From Salisapilia sapeloensis CBS 127946 (Eukaryota; Protista; Oomycota), in assembly GCA_023334545.1 (NCBI GenBank), contig JAADVB010000028.1:1-64000 (forward strand): a stretch of DNA of 64,000 nucleotides, read 5' to 3'. The notes below the pieces were generated by a model. It ran no database searches. It was given only the letters and a program-made list of their open reading frames with translations, and was not told where the DNA came from. Positions 24,404 to 34,779 of this stretch are shown here, piece by piece (within the stretch, counting starts at the first letter, position 1; each line of letters begins with the position of its first letter). The translations under genes were made by a program, and so were the position numbers.

Positions 24404-27349
24404 CTAACGTTGCGCACGCTTGCCGCCAGTGTGTCCACCACGACGAGACTGGTACGCCCCATGCGGTCTAAATCCACCGCGGCCACCATGCTGTCGGTTC
24501 GTGTGACTCGGGAAACTACGATTGCTACGGAAGCCATGGTGGTCTCCTCCGCCACGACGACTCGCATTCCATTCATCCTTGCCAGCCGTACCGGAGCGCA
24601 AGTCGAGCATACGTTCATTGTTCTCGACCAGTTGCGACAGTTTGCTAGAGTACTGCAGCGCCGCGACTTGGAGACTCGAGCGCTCACCCTTACGGAGCAA
24701 GACGGCTTGCGAGCTCTGATCCCACGCGCCATGCAGTTCTTCATTAATCATCATCTTGGACACGACGCTGTGGACCGTCTTCTCTTCCAGTTCGAACATT
24801 TGCGTCAATCGATCGAGTGCGACGGCTTCATACTCGTCGCTAAACGCCAAGAGGTACGTGCGTAATGCCTCTACCTGCACCTTTCGACGGATCATGTCAC
24901 GCACCTTCTGACTGGCTTCCTCACCTGGCAGCAAGTTCCAGACGCTGAGGTTAGTGAGCAAGTCGGCACTCTTCCGCCACGAGCCTTGGGCGAGTAGCTT
25001 GGCTGCAGCCACGACGTGGTCTCGCGGGTTCTCCGGTGGACCTTGGAAGACATTACGCTCGTGGTACTCGAGTAGCTTGCGGAACGTCTTGGAGACCATG
25101 CGCTTGCGATCCGAGACTCTCGAGTTGACCATGTTCGGCACTTCGAGGAGCATAGCACACACCAAGTGCGCCATTTCGAGCAGCTCGAGGTTGATGTGCA
25201 AGTGGTACGGCACTTGGCGACGACGTTCCTGACGCTCTTGCTCTAGGTCACGTTCCTGGAAACGATTCGCCTGCATGCCCTGCGCCAAGAGCTCTTTCGT
25301 ACGACTACCAGTGCAGATCTCCGACAGACATGCATGTGCTTCCCACACCAGACCGAGACGGAAGGCACAGAGGCCGAGCTGAGCCATCATACGGTTGAAG
25401 AGAATCTGGGTCGAGATGTCTGCTTCCGAGATGTTGTCCTGGATGTGGGACATGAGGAGCTGGTCTCGCGCTTGGTGGAACTTGTCGTGGAGAGCTTGGT
25501 GGTAGATACGACAGAGCATCGCACGTGTCTTGCCACGAATGTCGGCGTGCTGGAAGACGAAGACACACACTTCCTTGAGCTCCTTCTCCCAGTTCACACG
25601 CTCGACATCGACGGTGAGCGGGCCGGAGAGGGATGCAGGATGCATGCTCGACGCGTCGTACTTGTCCATGGAAGTGGCTGCCGTGAGGGATGCGCCACTG
25701 CTAGCCGGATGCAAGAAGACCGGGTCACCGTACTTGTCACGCTTCGCCTGAGCTTCGTACAGCGCTTGGGCGACAGACTCGTGCTTGTAGTAGATGAGCT
25801 CCGCACGGATCAACGCGAGACTGGCAGCTCGTGTCGCTTCGTTCCTGTCCTCCAAGTACTTTTGCACCTTCTTAGCAACATCCAAAAGCAAGTGCTCGTC
25901 AAAGAGACGACCGACGTACTCGCTCGAGTGTGGGTCCGTCTGCTGCAGACTCTTCGTGTATTCGTCAGCGAGACGCTCGCAGAACGTCGCGAGGTCACCA
26001 GACACCTTGATCGTGCCCTTGGTGCCAGCAGTCGGGAGCGTGTCGACGAACGTCTCCTCGTCCTCTTCCTTGTCCGCTTGGCCCTTGGCACGCTCGTCGC
26101 TCTGCTGAGCAGCACGCATGAGATCGGCCTGATCTTCCGCCGTCAATGGCGTGAGGACAAAGCCCGGGTTTTCTTGCAGCAATGACACAACGTTGCAGAC
26201 ATCTTGCTGGGCAGACCGCCAGTGCTTGGCAGCCATCACGCGGTCGATCTTTCCAGTCGCGTCGAAGAGCTGCGCGCCCAAGAGGTACATGGTTGCGACG
26301 ATCTGACGCGCAGGTCCAAACCGTCGAGCGTAGGTCGCGAGCTTTCGGAGCGTGCGCATCTGGTCCTTGAGTTCCGTGCCGCGCTTACCACGAACAGCAA
26401 TAACGTCCTTGAGACGACGATCGAACTGGGCTGTCGTGAGATTGAGCTCCTCTTCCTCGGCCTTTTGCAACGGATGCTGTTCCTTGTCCTCTTTCTCCTT
26501 TCGCTCCTTCTGAGGCTTTGGCTTCTTGCTCCTGTCCTTAGTGTACGTCTCGGTCGTTGTCTTCTTTAGCCACTTGGCTCGGCCCTTGAGCTGTCCTGAC
26601 TCCGAATCACTCGAGCTAGCAGACGCTTCGGACGAGTCCGAGTCGTCCGAATCATCCGAATCGGATCCCCACTCGTCACTGTTATCGCTGTCGAGCTCTT
26701 TTTTCGGCTTTTCGCTCGCAGAGCTACCGGATTCGGACTCCGAAGCGTCAGAATCCGAGTCGGAATCGGCATCAGAATCCGAGTCCGAGTCCGAGTCATC
26801 GGAACTCTCCGACGCGGACGCTTTGTCCGACTCGGATTCGCTCTCTGGGTTCGCACGAGCTTCTTCAAGCTGCGGCTGGATGTTCTCGAGCTGCTTCTTG
26901 AGCTTGCCCTTCATACGGATGAGCGCTTTGCTATTTTCCTTGCTCATCTTCTTCTGCTCTGCCTTGTTCTTAACTTTTTCCACCATCAAGTCTTCCAATG
27001 CAGCCATTGTACGCAAGTAGGCCTTGGGGAGACCTTGTGCTGAGATCACGTTCTTGGCACGGTCCAAGTGCTTTACGAGTGCATCGAATTCAGTCTGGAT
27101 GGCCGCCCAGTCATTAATCTTCATCGAGTTCCGGATCGACCGGCATGAAAAGTCAATGTTCTCAAAAGCCTTATCCTTGGCGCTCTTGACCACGCGCTTC
27201 TCCTCTTCACTGTCCGAATCGGACTGAACAGCCCATCGAGACGCAGCACGCGCTTGCTGTTGCTGCGACGTTTCGACATCAGATTCTTCTGAATAATCAC
27301 TCTCTTCTTCCTCCGAAGAGGATCCTCCTGCCCAAAATCTGCTCGCCAT
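24404..27349 (-). CDS. EIF3C: Eukaryotic translation initiation factor 3 subunit C
   Basis: Intronless. MASRFWAGGSSSEEE, KRVVKSAKDK, QILFNRMMAQLGLCAFR, RRRQVPYHLHINLELLE, GPPENPRDHVVAA and PCI-domain VSKMMINEEL. RGG-rich tail. True ATG at 27349. Confidence 0.96.
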   Translation of the reverse strand: MASRFWAGGSSSEEEESDYSEESDVETSQQQQARAASRWAVQSDSDSEEEKRVVKSAKDKAFENIDFSCRSIRNSMKINDWAAIQTEFDALVKHLDRAKNVISAQGLPKAYLRTMAALEDLMVEKVKNKAEQKKMSKENSKALIRMKGKLKKQLENIQPQLEEARANPESESESDKASASESSDDSDSDSDSDADSDSDSDASESESGSSASEKPKKELDSDNSDEWGSDSDDSDDSDSSEASASSSDSESGQLKGRAKWLKKTTTETYTKDRSKKPKPQKERKEKEDKEQHPLQKAEEEELNLTTAQFDRRLKDVIAVRGKRGTELKDQMRTLRKLATYARRFGPARQIVATMYLLGAQLFDATGKIDRVMAAKHWRSAQQDVCNVVSLLQENPGFVLTPLTAEDQADLMRAAQQSDERAKGQADKEEDEETFVDTLPTAGTKGTIKVSGDLATFCERLADEYTKSLQQTDPHSSEYVGRLFDEHLLLDVAKKVQKYLEDRNEATRAASLALIRAELIYYKHESVAQALYEAQAKRDKYGDPVFLHPASSGASLTAATSMDKYDASSMHPASLSGPLTVDVERVNWEKELKEVCVFVFQHADIRGKTRAMLCRIYHQALHDKFHQARDQLLMSHIQDNISEADISTQILFNRMMAQLGLCAFRLGLVWEAHACLSEICTGSRTKELLAQGMQANRFQERDLEQERQERRRQVPYHLHINLELLEMAHLVCAMLLEVPNMVNSRVSDRKRMVSKTFRKLLEYHERNVFQGPPENPRDHVVAAAKLLAQGSWRKSADLLTNLSVWNLLPGEEASQKVRDMIRRKVQVEALRTYLLAFSDEYEAVALDRLTQMFELEEKTVHSVVSKMMINEELHGAWDQSSQAVLLRKGERSSLQVAALQYSSKLSQLVENNERMLDLRSGTAGKDEWNASRRGGGDHHGFRSNRSFPSHTNRQHGGRGGFRPHGAYQSRRGGHTGGKRAQR
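26620..26850. repeat. Low-complexity Ser/Asp/Glu-coding hexamer repeats inside eIF3c
   Basis: Degenerate TCCGAG/TCGGAA arrays encode SDSDSDADSDSDSDASESES. This is coding low complexity. Confidence 0.7.
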
Positions 27350-27619
27350 ATTCCTTCGCTCCTGGTATCGACCACGTACGAGCCAAAATGGTCTAAGGGT
27401 CTGTCGGCCACCCACTGACAGGTACTTAAAAGGTATCTTTTAGTCTAAAACAACCGTTTTACACTAAATATATGACCTACGGATATAAAGTATCCAATGA
27501 GACAAGAGATAGAAGGTAAAGGTACGTTTAGCCTACTTGGGAAGAGTATTTCTTCGCTTTTACCGACTTGGCTACATCCTACTTCAACCTACGAGCAACC
27601 TTCATCCGCTCTAGGAGCT

Positions 27620-29119
27620 TCACGACTTGTGACGCATGGCGACGGGGGAGTTGCGGACACCAGGAGATACAGTGTTTGGCATGGGTGCAGCAGTTCCGAG
27701 CTTCTGCTTTAACCTCAGCAGTTGTAGTAGTCGATCTTGTTCTACACTCTGGAGCACGAACGTGTATGGGATCATCACGATACAGAGCAGTAGCGAAAGC
27801 ATATTGATGACTGTCAAGCTTCCACCAAAGTATGTGTTTGAGATGTAGACTGCCGGGTATTCTAGTAGACTAACTCCGGCACCGAGTGTAAACACGGTCC
27901 CGACAAGCGTGCCCATATTCCTCAATCCGAATGTCTTGGCAATGAACGCCGAGACGACGGTATACAGGAACGCTCGGAAGCAAGTGAATAGGATGAAGGA
28001 GACCACTTGGATAGGTAAAACAGGTACGAACACCAACAGGTTGTACGCCACCCCGAGGCCGCAAGTTACTAGTAACGAGAAGGACAATCCTTTCTTTTCC
28101 ACGACGTGGTCAATGGCAGGAACGAATATAAATCCAAACGGCAGGACGACACTAAAAATCTCGGTATACATGCGGCCATGGTCTGCATCTCCATAATTCT
28201 CCAGTAGTTTGTTCGTCGTACCAATGTACGTGTTGGCACGAAGGATTTGGACGGCCGCAAAGATGACGATGAAGGCAAATTCGAACGAGAAGAACTGATG
28301 TCGGACAGACACATCGGCTAGCTCCAGTCTATCCATCTTCTCTTCCATTGCCTTTCGTTCTGCGGGGGAAATAGAGCCATATTGTGGCATAGTATGGTTC
28401 ACGGAGATGGTATGGTCTTCGATCAGTGGCTTGTGCTCCCTATTACTGTTCGTGTTTGCACTCTCTAAGTCCTTTTCGTTCGCCTTCCACAAGATGATCA
28501 GCGTAAGGTAGACGCAGACAGCTATGACTGCCAGACCGAAGAAGAGTTGTGTACGGGAGGCGCCTGTGATCGATTTGAGCGAATATAAAACGACGAAGAC
28601 GATACTACTGCCGTCGAAGAGGCAACTGATGGCAGCAAGAATAGCTGTCTGGTGCTCTAGAATAAGAAAGCTGGCTGGGAAGGATGCCATCATGGTCATG
28701 GAGCCACCAAAAGCCAATAACATGTAACCTGGCAGGAAAGCATCAAAGCTCTCCGAGTCGGAGACAGCCATGAGAAATAGTCCAGTTATATCAACAATGC
28801 CTGCGAGTGTCGTGGCAAGTGTAGGCCCACTAAAGTCTAGTAGCATGCCAAAGAGTAGGCTGCCGGCGTTCATTGCGACGGACGCGACGGCGTACACAAG
28901 GTTTAGTTCATTCTCCTGTGCAGCACATAACGCTTCATCATGGATTCCTGATTTCTTTGCACCTTCGAGATCCTCTGGACTGCATAGCTCAGAGTATTGT
29001 CCTTCTTCTTCTAGCATCAGTAGCAAAGGAGCCCATCCGAAGATGACTCCAGTCAGTAGCAAGTCGGCCAGTAGCACGGTTGCTACGAGAGCAATGTGTC
29101 TTGGATTGTATCCTGGCAT
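27620..29119 (-). CDS. MFS transporter, SLC43/LAT3-LAT4 (FMP42-like) family
   Basis: Intronless 499 aa with about 12 hydrophobic segments. GVIFGWAPLLLMLEEEGQYSELC, QENELNLVY, SCLFDGSS and AKTFGLRNMGTLVG are typical SLC43 motifs. Confidence 0.85.
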   Translation of the reverse strand: MPGYNPRHIALVATVLLADLLLTGVIFGWAPLLLMLEEEGQYSELCSPEDLEGAKKSGIHDEALCAAQENELNLVYAVASVAMNAGSLLFGMLLDFSGPTLATTLAGIVDITGLFLMAVSDSESFDAFLPGYMLLAFGGSMTMMASFPASFLILEHQTAILAAISCLFDGSSIVFVVLYSLKSITGASRTQLFFGLAVIAVCVYLTLIILWKANEKDLESANTNSNREHKPLIEDHTISVNHTMPQYGSISPAERKAMEEKMDRLELADVSVRHQFFSFEFAFIVIFAAVQILRANTYIGTTNKLLENYGDADHGRMYTEIFSVVLPFGFIFVPAIDHVVEKKGLSFSLLVTCGLGVAYNLLVFVPVLPIQVVSFILFTCFRAFLYTVVSAFIAKTFGLRNMGTLVGTVFTLGAGVSLLEYPAVYISNTYFGGSLTVINMLSLLLCIVMIPYTFVLQSVEQDRLLQLLRLKQKLGTAAPMPNTVSPGVRNSPVAMRHKS

Positions 29120-29871
29120 GGAATAAGGTCGTCTCGAGATGAAGTGTGAATGTGGAACTAAGGGAACAGCGAGTGACTGGTTGTCGGCTTGGAGCTGATA
29201 ATGCCTCGGTCTTCCTCAGAATCGAGGCGTTTTTTCGGTGTCGAGTATACAAAACGCAAGATAAATTTGAAATCGACAAGGAGGTCGGCAAGCATCTTCC
29301 AGTTGTAAATGCACATCTTCAGTCCGGACAATGGTCGGGGTGTCTACACCTGCTGTTGTGCCATTTGGAACGATTATCAGGGTCTATGGAGTCTTCTACA
29401 TAGCAAGAAGTTATGGCAGTGAACACGGACTAGATTAACAACCAGAGCATTTTCATATTGCCATTATTTTCTTGGATTTCATTGTGGTTTCAATGAAGTT
29501 TCCATTGCTTCATCTACACATGACAGGCGTTTCATTCTAGAGGATGGGCATGACTTAAAGGAAACCGACGTCGGGTCAAGTGAGAGATAAATGCAGCTAG
29601 CACGCACATCGTCTACGGCTCATATCTAAGCTGTCGCTGACATGGAAACTTCCTGACAACTTTTACGTCCTACTAGTTCAATAAATGGGAGGGAATATTT
29701 GTGTCGTGAATACATTCAGATTTTAACGGACCAGAACCCATTGCAAAGATCAAAAGCGTGTGGCTTGAATGAAGGGTAGAGCATCTACTTTCACTATTTG
29801 GATCGCTTCCTAGTCTTTTGTGTTGGAAAATAAGCATAGTGCTATTTTAAACAGCATTCGGGAGTATACCT

Positions 29872-30836
29872 ATGGCTACGCACGTTACAGCAGCAGGGTA
29901 TTCGCTCCACTTGCGCTCTATCGCTGGCATCGAGTCCTGTGTATCTTTCGACTCCATCGACATTGCCTTTGATATCGGTTGCTGCTTCAGGCAAGCTGTC
30001 TCCAAGAGCCGTGTCCTAATAACCCACGGCCATACCGATCACATTCATGCCTTTGTATCACACGCATCCCAACGGCGACTACAAGGACTTAAGCCAGCAA
30101 CCTACTATGTACCGAGTCACTTGATCGCCTCCATGCAATCCATACTCCAAAACTTTAGTGCCATGTCTGGTGATGAGATCCCAGCAAATATAGTTGGTGT
30201 CGATCCATCGGATGAGCTGATCGAGATATCCAAAGAATGGGTCGCGAAAACGTTCAAGACCATCCATCGCGTACCAAGTCATGGATATATATTGTATCGC
30301 AGAACGTCAAAGCTTAAGCCAGAGTACGCACATTTATCGGGGAAGGAAATTGGGCAACTCCGACGCGACGGTGTCGAGGTTACCAGCTCTCACCTTCGAC
30401 CGGAAATCGCTTACACTGGAGATACAACTGCTGATATTTTTATAAATGCTACGGATGGGAGCGTATACGACGACCTGCTACGCGTCAAAGTGCTGATCAC
30501 GGAGGTACGTGCCCGATTGCTTGTAGAATGAAGTGTGGATCGGTCATCAGGTTCTCTAGGCGACATACGTGGATGAAAAGAAGACAGTGGGAGAAGCAAG
30601 AGCACGAGGACACATTCACCTTCAACAGGTATAAACATGTCTGTTTCATCGAAACGAGATAAGATTAACGTGATGTGGACTAGTTGGCGGAGCTAGAGGA
30701 GCAGTTGCAACATGTAGATGCCGTCGTCCTGACACACATTTCAGCTCGATACAATCTAGCACAGGTCGAGGAGTCGGTTCAGAAGACACTTCCACACGGA
30801 TTGAAGGACAAGATAGTTATCGGATATGCCTCGTAG
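29872..30836 (+). CDS. Short-form tRNase Z (metallo-beta-lactamase fold; plant/Thermotoga TM-type-like; 3 exons)
   Basis: RSIAGIESC, AFDIGCC, ITHGHTDHI, THRVPS-like IHRVPSHGY, KLKPEYAHLSGKEI, IAYTGDT, LITE|ATY, GHIHL and LTHISARY. Introns near 30505-30559 and 30629-30682. TAG at 30834-30836. Confidence 0.85.
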
Positions 30837-31192
30837 TTTTAAAAATCGAAACGAAATGGAAATGCGGGTTGGTATATTGGTTTCGAGTGTCTATCGGAAG
30901 TAGATAAACAAGTTTATAATTAGCAGAGTATGTTTCTTTGATGCACTCGGGGCTGTTGAGAGCAAGACTTGAGACGATCGGTAGTCTGCGGATCCTTCAG
31001 CTTCCTCCTCGTTCCCATACAACCATTGTCGTGGATGTTGGGGTCTACATTGTCTTCTTCTTCTGCACGAGCTCACCATCTTTATCTTTAACTTCTGTCG
31101 ATCATATTCGGTTGATTACAAGATGAACTTCTCCACTCCATTGTGTCATTCGGTTAGCTCCTAGGCAAGATGGACTCCCGCACTACTCCCGA

Positions 31193-31258
31193 CGCCACTT
31201 AAGGTGGTTGAACAGTAGCGCCCTACTTGCGCTCGCCGCCACTGAAGGTGGTTGATCA
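31193..31258. repeat. Imperfect 22-bp direct repeat with 44-bp period
   Basis: CGCCACTTAAGGTGGTTGAACA (31193-31214) and CGCCACTGAAGGTGGTTGATCA (31237-31258) match at 20 of 22 positions. Each copy contains a CCAC-N5-GTGG mini inverted repeat. Confidence 0.75.
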
Positions 31259-31611
31259 CGTATAGTAAGGAGTTATTGTTGCCTGAACAAGCTTCATGAC
31301 GCGAGGATCATCGACTTGAACCGGTGGAATCAATTTACTTTCAGTCGAAATGGTTGCTTCGGAGTGGAGAGTTGGAGACAGATGAAGATGATGTGTGATG
31401 CGGTCGACATGTTGGTTACTGGAAATTGCATGTCGTATAGACGATGTCTTGGGATGAAGCAAAATGGTGGCGAATAGTTGAGAAGCAGACTCGTGGGCGT
31501 GGCTGGTAAACGAACTGGTGTACGGGTAGGACAATGGAGGAAAGAGGAAGGGAGGCATACTGCCAATCATGACGAGTCGAACAAGTTAGCAGCTCCGAGT
31601 GAGACGGTCAT

Positions 31612-32769
31612 CTAAGCACAAAGCTCCGACCGGTTGGCTTCCGGCAGTGGCTGACGCGCTAGCGCCAGCAACCACTCATCCCTCGACCGCGGGGTGACTT
31701 CGATGCACGACCTATCCAGGTCGTAAGTAAAGCCAATGAGGGGCGGAGCGTCGCTGAAGCGAACGGTCTTTTTTGGTGCATGGAATTTCCTGGCGTCGGA
31801 TGGACGAGATACACGGTTGGAGGCATAGTCAGAGCCGTCTGTTGATCGCTGCAGTTTGCGCTGGGCGGCTTCGTATTTCTTAAAGGCTTTACGGACGATG
31901 GAATGATGCCATTTGCGGACTGCACTCATGACCTCGGACGTGATGTTCATCGTGTGCAGTACTTCCTCGACTGCCTCATCGCCTTCCTCTTCCAGCTTTT
32001 GTTTCGCGCACTCACGAGACTTATGAATCGACCGGATCATTCGCTGGAGACAAGGTGGCATTTCGATAGTAGGCCATGCAATTTCGTTGAACTTCACTTG
32101 ATCGACTGACCGGGCTATATCGAAGTTCTTGAACGACTTGTTGGAATCCCCATTGGACACTTGGAGGTTCATCAGCTCTTCTGTCTCGGAGGACATCTTC
32201 GATGGGATTTGACCGTCCATCTGGTGAGTTGTGGCGATGACCATAGCACACTTGGTCGGGAAATTTTTGTCTTTGTTCGTAAGAGTCTCTGACACGAGCG
32301 TGTACTCTTCTTTGAATAAAGAAGTGTTCGATTCTGAGCTTGTATAGCTGACATCCGTCGTGTCGGATGAGGGCGGTTCATCGAAAGGTTCCGACAGAGA
32401 TAGCGTCTTGTACCCGCCATCGTCATCAGTGTCACTATCGCTATTCACATCGTCGATTGACATAATATCGATAATACACGAGTCTGACGACACAGCTGCC
32501 ACCGAGGTCGTGGTAGCGGATGACGAAGTCGGGTTCCAGAAGATTGGATACTTCTCTAGCGTCTCGGCGTCGATCGTTCCGTCATCGCTTGAGCTTTCTT
32601 GAGGGAGGCCGGCGGGAAGCTGACCGCGTTCCAAGTCGACTTCGATCATGAAGTTTCCACTGACAGCTCCGCGGAGCCTACCCATTACTAAGCCACGGTA
32701 CATTCGGTCCGGGGTGGTCGGTTTCATTTCGACAGTGGGGTCGGTGGCTCTCAAGTCGTAGAGCGCCAT
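31612..32769 (-). CDS. Orphan protein A with C-terminal RVxF (KKTVRF) PP1-docking-like module
   Basis: Intronless, with an acidic Ser-rich disordered N-terminal half. The C-terminus is KKTVRFSDAPPLIGFTYDLDRS...NRSELCA. First ATG at 32769. Confidence 0.75.
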   Translation of the reverse strand: MALYDLRATDPTVEMKPTTPDRMYRGLVMGRLRGAVSGNFMIEVDLERGQLPAGLPQESSSDDGTIDAETLEKYPIFWNPTSSSATTTSVAAVSSDSCIIDIMSIDDVNSDSDTDDDGGYKTLSLSEPFDEPPSSDTTDVSYTSSESNTSLFKEEYTLVSETLTNKDKNFPTKCAMVIATTHQMDGQIPSKMSSETEELMNLQVSNGDSNKSFKNFDIARSVDQVKFNEIAWPTIEMPPCLQRMIRSIHKSRECAKQKLEEEGDEAVEEVLHTMNITSEVMSAVRKWHHSIVRKAFKKYEAAQRKLQRSTDGSDYASNRVSRPSDARKFHAPKKTVRFSDAPPLIGFTYDLDRSCIEVTPRSRDEWLLALARQPLPEANRSELCA

Positions 32770-33597
32770 CGAAAACAAGTAAATACGCTTTTCAATTTTA
32801 CTCAAGGTGGGTTTTCGGGGAGTGAGGGAGAACGCGCCAAGGAGAGCACGATTTAAATACCCCTCGTTTTCTCTCGTAGCGCAATTAAATCGGATCGCGC
32901 GTTGCCAACGGTATCTGGTGCATATATTCTGACCTCTAACTTCAAGTTAAATGGTCAGGAACAATCATGCCTGTTCAAGATCGCGCGGTTTAGGCTGGAG
33001 GAAGCTTCGTGCGTGAAGGGATGATTTTTGGTACGTGTCGTACTTTCAAGTGAGCCTGTCGGTAGGTATATCTCTGTTAAGGAAGATGTGGATGTGTGGA
33101 TGACCTGTCTCGAGATTACCACTTCTCAGCTTTGACTGGAAATCGACTACAATGGAGGCCACGATTGACGCCTTTATGGGCACGGAAGGCTTTTAAAGTC
33201 CATGCGCCGTTGTGTTCTGATGGATTCGAAGCTGATGACTCGCATGGCTTTCTTTGTTGGCGCGACAACGTCACTAATTCCATCTCATCATATGCCATCG
33301 GAAGTATTCTTGGATACTTCTGCTCTAATAATTCCTTCTTCAAGCGTGTCTAGACCACATACTCATTCGTTCTAGTATTCTGTCGTTTCTACGGGAAAAG
33401 TTAAGAAACAATGTTCGATCTATCAATAGCTTTATGTGCATTGGAGAAGGCTGATGCAATGGACACTAGCAACGAAGTACAAGGTAAAGGAAGAATATAA
33501 ACTCCACGTAACAGCTTTCAATTTTGTCCATTCTCCAATTCAATTGGTGCATCCACACATCACATATACTTGCACGTCTAGTCTTTCTACACATAGC

Positions 33598-34212
33598 TCA
33601 AGCCCATAACTCGGACAGGTTTTCGTCTGGGATCCAACGACTTGCTCGAAGGACCAGTAGTTCTTCCTTCGTAAGCGATTCTAGCAACACGGGAGATCGG
33701 TCCATCTCTTCAGCATGCGCAGCTGTCGTGAGCTCGTCGGCGAATCTCACCGTCTTCTTCCCAGAGGATTGGAGACGCGGTGGAGATGGCTGTTGCTTCT
33801 GACTCTGTTCGTTTGCTTGCTGCAGGACAGTCTTGCGGTGCTCCTGCGACACCATCAAGCTCGCTCGTTCGATCTTTTCCATGATCGCTAACGCGCGATC
33901 CCATTCTTCCTGGTAGAGAAGTCGCAGCGCATTGCGACGCGAGCCCTGTAAGAAGCGCACGGCGCGCTGGATAGGTTCACCTACGTGAATGTTTACGGCG
34001 TTCACTTGTTCGAGCGATGGCCGCTTAGCTGGGAATTTGGTCGCGACTGCTGTCATGGAACGTGGCGACGCCGGGTCGGTCGTCTTGTTCGACTTGAGAA
34101 ACTGGTCGAGTCGGACCGTGTCCTCGCTGCTGGCGCTACGGTCGCGTTTGGGGACGCGGCGCCCTTGAGAGGCACATGCGGTCGGAGATGGAGGCATCAC
34201 CAGTGAACTCAT
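33598..34212 (-). CDS. Orphan protein B, paralogue of protein A, with RVxF (KKTVRF) module
   Basis: The C-terminal 53 aa align without gaps to protein A: KKTVRFADELTTAAHAEEMDRS...NLSELWA. First ATG at 34212 (the ORF-track start is TTG). Confidence 0.75.
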   Translation of the reverse strand: MSSLVMPPSPTACASQGRRVPKRDRSASSEDTVRLDQFLKSNKTTDPASPRSMTAVATKFPAKRPSLEQVNAVNIHVGEPIQRAVRFLQGSRRNALRLLYQEEWDRALAIMEKIERASLMVSQEHRKTVLQQANEQSQKQQPSPPRLQSSGKKTVRFADELTTAAHAEEMDRSPVLLESLTKEELLVLRASRWIPDENLSELWA

Positions 34213-34779
34213 GGGTAGCTGTCGTTGGTGTTTAATTGAGGAATGAGTCGAAGACGCGGATATGTGCGTCCGTTCTTTGTTGTCAATCGCAATGTCTCCT
34301 CGTCTCTTCGAAAGAGTTTCCGTGTGATCCAAACGGCGTTCTCACTGGGACACGTCCAACCTTTTTTCAGTATGCGTCGAGATATTGTCCAGTCGGGAGA
34401 ATGAAAGGTGGTCTACGAAGCGATCGAGGGTCGCACGTCAGTGAATGTCGGACTGGTGCCAAGCGCGTTCTTGTGTGGAATGGAAGAATTAGCTACTCCC
34501 GTTGTCAATTCGCAGAGTGGATGGACGAGGTTCAGTTGATGTCGAGAAAAATTCATATGCAACTCGCTCGCATAAGATGAAACGTATGAAAACTTTATTT
34601 TCCAAAAAAGGGGTTCTTTAGACGAAATTCAAGTGATCGAAAACCGAGCATATCTCACCTTCAGCTGACGTGGGAAAGAGGAGGAAACTCGAGAATATTC
34701 AAAGTCGATATCGACGCGCATCGCTTGTTTAAAAAAAGAAGGGTTCAATGGAGAACAGGTGAAGCCATGGATACCGTAT

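Noticed and set aside
24410-27020. Multiple plus-strand ORFs (up to 283 aa) opposite eIF3c
   Set aside because: Antisense shadows of a GC3-rich gene; they have no domain features.
29120-29871. 750-bp divergent gap examined for snoRNA, tRNA or a small gene
   Set aside because: I found no convincing C/D or H/ACA boxes, no tRNA T-loop and only short featureless ORFs.
31193-31258. CRISPR-like interpretation of the 22-bp repeat pair
   Set aside because: There are only two imperfect copies, the context is a eukaryotic intron-bearing genome and no cas genes are present.
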